Origin: an uncultured Phycisphaerales bacterium
Lineage (GTDB): Bacteria > Planctomycetota > Phycisphaerae > Sedimentisphaerales > Anaerobacaceae
Length of the DNA: 64,000 nucleotides
Direction of reading: 5' to 3'
Assembly: GCA_963718665.1 (NCBI GenBank)
Contig: OY970359.1
Location: 608,001-672,000 of the forward strand
Shown here: piece after piece, positions 60,787 to 64,000 of the stretch
Numbering within the stretch: the first letter of the stretch is position 1
How the letters are laid out: each line of letters begins with the position of its first letter
The notes under the pieces: model-generated
What the model was told of the DNA's origin: nothing
The model's database searches: none
Seen by the model: only the letters and a program-made list of their open reading frames with translations
Program-made: the position numbers and the translations under genes

Positions 60787-61221
60787 TAAGTCATTGCGTT
60801 AGAATGGGACTTCGATGATATGACCACTTTGGCCGGGGGCGACCGAAATGGAACATCTTCCTCACCCCCCTGCTTGCCACGGTGTAGCCATAGGCGAAGC
60901 CGAATCCGCTATATTCTATACGCTGCTTGCCACGGCGAAGTTGAATAACGAAGCCGGGTATGCTGCCTGCTATGCAGGATATTATTGACGAAAGACAAAA
61001 ACTGGGGGATTGGGGGAATCTATTTCCGATTGCAGATTGTAGATTTGAAAATGGGTCCCCTGTTCTTGGCCAAGTAAGCAGCACTCGGGGATGACGCTTC
61101 GCGCCAATTGCGGATTTGGGATGAGGAGGATGCGGTTTTTAGATGTTGAAAAATGATACCGCTTGCGGTATTGTGGGGGCGGGAAGTTGGGGAGAATTGA
61201 AGTCGATGGAGTTATGTAAGG

Positions 61222-64000
61222 ATGGCGAAAACAAAAGCAAATGAGCGGGAATTTGCGGGGCAGGTAATCTCGTGGATAAAAGAGCAGTTGAAAGAAGGCG
61301 GATTGCCTTTTGAGAATGCCACGAATGACTCAAGTTTATATGGATTGCCACGAGTAAAATTCCCTGATGTTTTACTGACACAGGATTTTGAAGGTTTGCG
61401 GCCATTTTGCGGATGGGAATTGAAGACACCGAAAACGGATGCACGTGACAAAATACTTTTGAAGGACGCCGTCAAGAAGGCACAGACGATTGAGGCAAAG
61501 AACTTTGTTACGTGGAATATGCAAACGGCAATAATCTGGAAAACACCCGAGAAAATAAGGGCGACTGTCAACGAGGACGACAAGATTCGAGAATACGATA
61601 CTGATACCCAGATTACGAAAGTCGAAGATATCAGGGACAGACAGAAGGCGGATTGTCTCAGAGAGAGGTGTCGGGAAATAGTATCTGACCTTGGGCGACT
61701 TTACGAGGAAGAGAAGATAAATATACCAGTAGCAGACGCAACGGTTTTCGTTGGAATGGTTGGAGCTGCTTCTGAGAAAATGGCAAGTTCGCTTTTAGCG
61801 GATATAAACAGGGCAAGAGCGAACAGGGAATTTGCCAAGAGATTAAATGCCTGGGCGGCCAAGCAGGGAGTTTCTAAATACGACCAGGATTACTGGCAGA
61901 CACTTTCACAACAGATATCATACAAGATAATAGGCAAAATTCTGTTTTACCTAACCCTTCGACGACAAAACCAAAATCTTCAGAAAATGGCCCTGAATGG
62001 CGACAACTACAAGGCCGCAATGAAACGTATGCGTGCAATGTTTCAGTCGGCATTAGAAGTTGATTATCAGGCAATATTTGAGTCGGACATTACGGACGAA
62101 ATAGAGCTTTCAAGAGATACGGCAGAGGTGGTAATTGACCTTACGGACAAACTAACCCACTGGAGTTTCGAGCAAGTGCCGTTAGACGTGGTGGGAAACG
62201 TTTTGGAAAAGTTAGTGCCGGAGGATGCACGACACAGTTTAGGTCAATATTTTACACCTGACCGGTTATCAGATTTGGTAATTGCGTTTTGCGTAAACAA
62301 TGGCGATGCGAATGTGATGGACCCGACATGCGGAACTGGGACATTTTTAATTCGCAGTTATAATCGGTTGCGGCATTTGGGACTAAAAAGGCAGGCACAT
62401 CACGAATTGCTCAATCAAATTTGGGGGTTTGACATAGCGGGATTTCCGGCGGAATTAGCAACTATAAACCTTTGCAGACAGGATTTGGGCGATTATCTGA
62501 ATTTTCCACGAGTTTTATCAAAGGACTTTTTTGATGTGTCGCCGGGTGAGGAATTTGAATTTCCACCTGCAAAGAAAACGATAAAAGCCGGGGAACGAAT
62601 ACGCGTCAAAATTCCGAAATTTGATGCGTTGGTGGGAAATTTCCCGTTTATCAGGCAGGAACTTATTGAAAAGGTTGAACCGGGATATAAAGACCATCTT
62701 GCAAGAGTGTTGTATAAGAATTGGGGATTGGAATATCTAGATTTATTTCCTAACGTGAAGCAAGAGGGGCAAGGGGAACAGGAGGTAGAACTTGCCCTAT
62801 CGGGACAGGCGGATATTTACGCGTATATGTTTTACCACGCGGCGGCGCACCTTAAATTGGGCGGACGGATGGGGTTTATCACGAGCAATTCCTGGTTAGA
62901 TGTTGCATACGGGTATGAATTGCAGAAGTTTTTCCTTTCGAAGTTTAAATTAGTGGGGGTTTTTGAAAGCAGGTGCGAGCCGTGGTTTGAACAGTCGGCA
63001 GTAAATACTGTTTTCACGATTCTGGAAAGATGCAACGATAAAGAGGAGATAGAAAAGAATCCGGTTTACTTCGTTAAAATGAAAAAACCTTTGTCGCAAC
63101 TTTTCCCGCAGGACGCCTTGACTGATACACAGGCAAGATGGGACGCGATAACAAGGTTTGCGGAAAAGATAGAAGAACTGGGTATTAGAGCAGAGAACAT
63201 TGGAAAGACCGGGTTTGGCAAGAGTAAAGGGTTTAAAAGGTTTGAAAAGATAAACGCCGAATACGTAAAACAGCCGGAGATTGTGTCATACGAAGATGAT
63301 GAAGTTAGGGTGAGGATAATCAAGCAAAAGGGTTTAAAGGAAGAAGTTGAGGCGACAGAGCAGACAGTAAAGTGGGGACAATATCTGCGCGGGCCGGATA
63401 TTTACTTTGAAGTATTGGAGAAGTGCGCAGACAAACTTATACCACTCGACCAAATTGCAGATATTCGTTTTGGGATCAAGACAGGTATAAACGAATTTTT
63501 CTATTTAGATGAAGACCAGGTTAAGCATTGGGGTATTGAAAAGAAATTTTTGCAACCTGTTATGAAATCGCCGAAAGAATGTGATGGAATTTTACTAAAG
63601 CGGACGGATTTGAAACTCTTTGCGTTTGTATGCAATGAAGATAAATCAGAGTTAAAGGGAACGGGTGCGCTGAAATATATCAAATGGGGTGAGCAACAAA
63701 AAACGGAGGAAGGAAGGCCGTGGCCGGATGTGGAAAGCGTAAAGGGAAGGGGAAATTGGTATGAGTTACTGAAAAGAGAGCCGGGGAAATTGTTGCTTCC
63801 AATGATTACAGGGGACAGTTTGCGATGTATCGTAAATGAATGCAATGCTTATGTGGACCACAATCTATTTGAGGTTATTTCGGAAGACAAGGATATTCTC
63901 GCGGCGCTGGGATTATACTTAAATAGCACGGCAGCGTTTCTTAGCAGAGAGTTGACGGGACGGGCTAATCTGGGGGATGGCGCCTTGAAGGTTGAGGGTA
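61222..64000 (+). CDS. Type IIG-like fused restriction endonuclease / N6-adenine methyltransferase (3' end outside the window; not in the ORF track)
   Basis: MAKTKANEREF...FPDV...WELK (PD-ExK), GQYFTP, DPTCGTGTFL, VGNFPFIRQE, ITSNSWL; these segments and the last line of the window are in the same frame. Confidence 0.9.
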   Translation, partial: MAKTKANEREFAGQVISWIKEQLKEGGLPFENATNDSSLYGLPRVKFPDVLLTQDFEGLRPFCGWELKTPKTDARDKILLKDAVKKAQTIEAKNFVTWNMQTAIIWKTPEKIRATVNEDDKIREYDTDTQITKVEDIRDRQKADCLRERCREIVSDLGRLYEEEKINIPVADATVFVGMVGAASEKMASSLLADINRARANREFAKRLNAWAAKQGVSKYDQDYWQTLSQQISYKIIGKILFYLTLRRQNQNLQKMALNGDNYKAAMKRMRAMFQSALEVDYQAIFESDITDEIELSRDTAEVVIDLTDKLTHWSFEQVPLDVVGNVLEKLVPEDARHSLGQYFTPDRLSDLVIAFCVNNGDANVMDPTCGTGTFLIRSYNRLRHLGLKRQAHHELLNQIWGFDIAGFPAELATINLCRQDLGDYLNFPRVLSKDFFDVSPGEEFEFPPAKKTIKAGERIRVKIPKFDALVGNFPFIRQELIEKVEPGYKDHLARVLYKNWGLEYLDLFPNVKQEGQGEQEVELALSGQADIYAYMFYHAAAHLKLGGRMGFITSNSWLDVAYGYELQKFFLSKFKLVGVFESRCEPWFEQSAVNTVFTILERCNDKEEIEKNPVYFVKMKKPLSQLFPQDALTDTQARWDAITRFAEKIEELGIRAENIGKTGFGKSKGFKRFEKINAEYVKQPEIVSYEDDEVRVRIIKQKGLKEEVEATEQTVKWGQYLRGPDIYFEVLEKCADKLIPLDQIADIRFGIKTGINEFFYLDEDQVKHWGIEKKFLQPVMKSPKECDGILLKRTDLKLFAFVCNEDKSELKGTGALKYIKWGEQQKTEEGRPWPDVESVKGRGNWYELLKREPGKLLLPMITGDSLRCIVNECNAYVDHNLFEVISEDKDILAALGLYLNSTAAFLSRELTGRANLGDGALKVEG

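Noticed and set aside
60791..61084. 97-aa minus strand ORF
   Set aside because: Begins in palindromic/heptamer repeat DNA, with no RBS or motif.
61139..63845. Several minus-strand ORFs in the track
   Set aside because: Antisense shadows of the large + strand R-M gene.

Overview
Bacterial chromosomal window, most likely a Planctomycetota (Phycisphaerae-like) genome. This placement is inferred from gene families and the heptamer-rich intergenic DNA. 0.2-6 kb: signalling cluster with a stand-alone His kinase, a FIST protein, a multi-PAS protein and a frameshifted Cache-PAS-kinase. 6.3-23.8 kb: the standout region, an AT-richer, co-oriented cassette array built around a family of secreted, very Cys-rich proteins. 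They share a near-identical N-terminus but carry different C-termini: two group XII-like phospholipase A2 domains, one TPR and two novel Cys-rich tips, plus a remnant copy. Each is followed by its own partner genes (beta-propeller + lipoprotein + DUF1573-DsbA, or LolA-like proteins, and one set of peptide/C39 peptidase/DoxX genes). Four cassettes start with the same ~65-bp junction derived from the upstream TPR gene. This looks like an undescribed recombination-diversified, disulfide-rich effector or polymorphic-toxin system. 24-55 kb: housekeeping genes (nusA-infB-rbfA, hisG, efp, lptF/G, thiC with a TPP riboswitch, rimO, pgsA, rpsU, hflX, ppdK and others) with small accessory redox inserts. 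55.7-64 kb: Mrr-like nuclease, DUF3800-like protein, HNH-AP2, tRNA-His with a duplicated 3' end, a sigma54-type promoter driving a receiver-like gene followed by a four-module structured non-coding array, and a type IIG-like restriction-modification gene that runs off the window end. All calls come from motif reading by eye; no searches were run.
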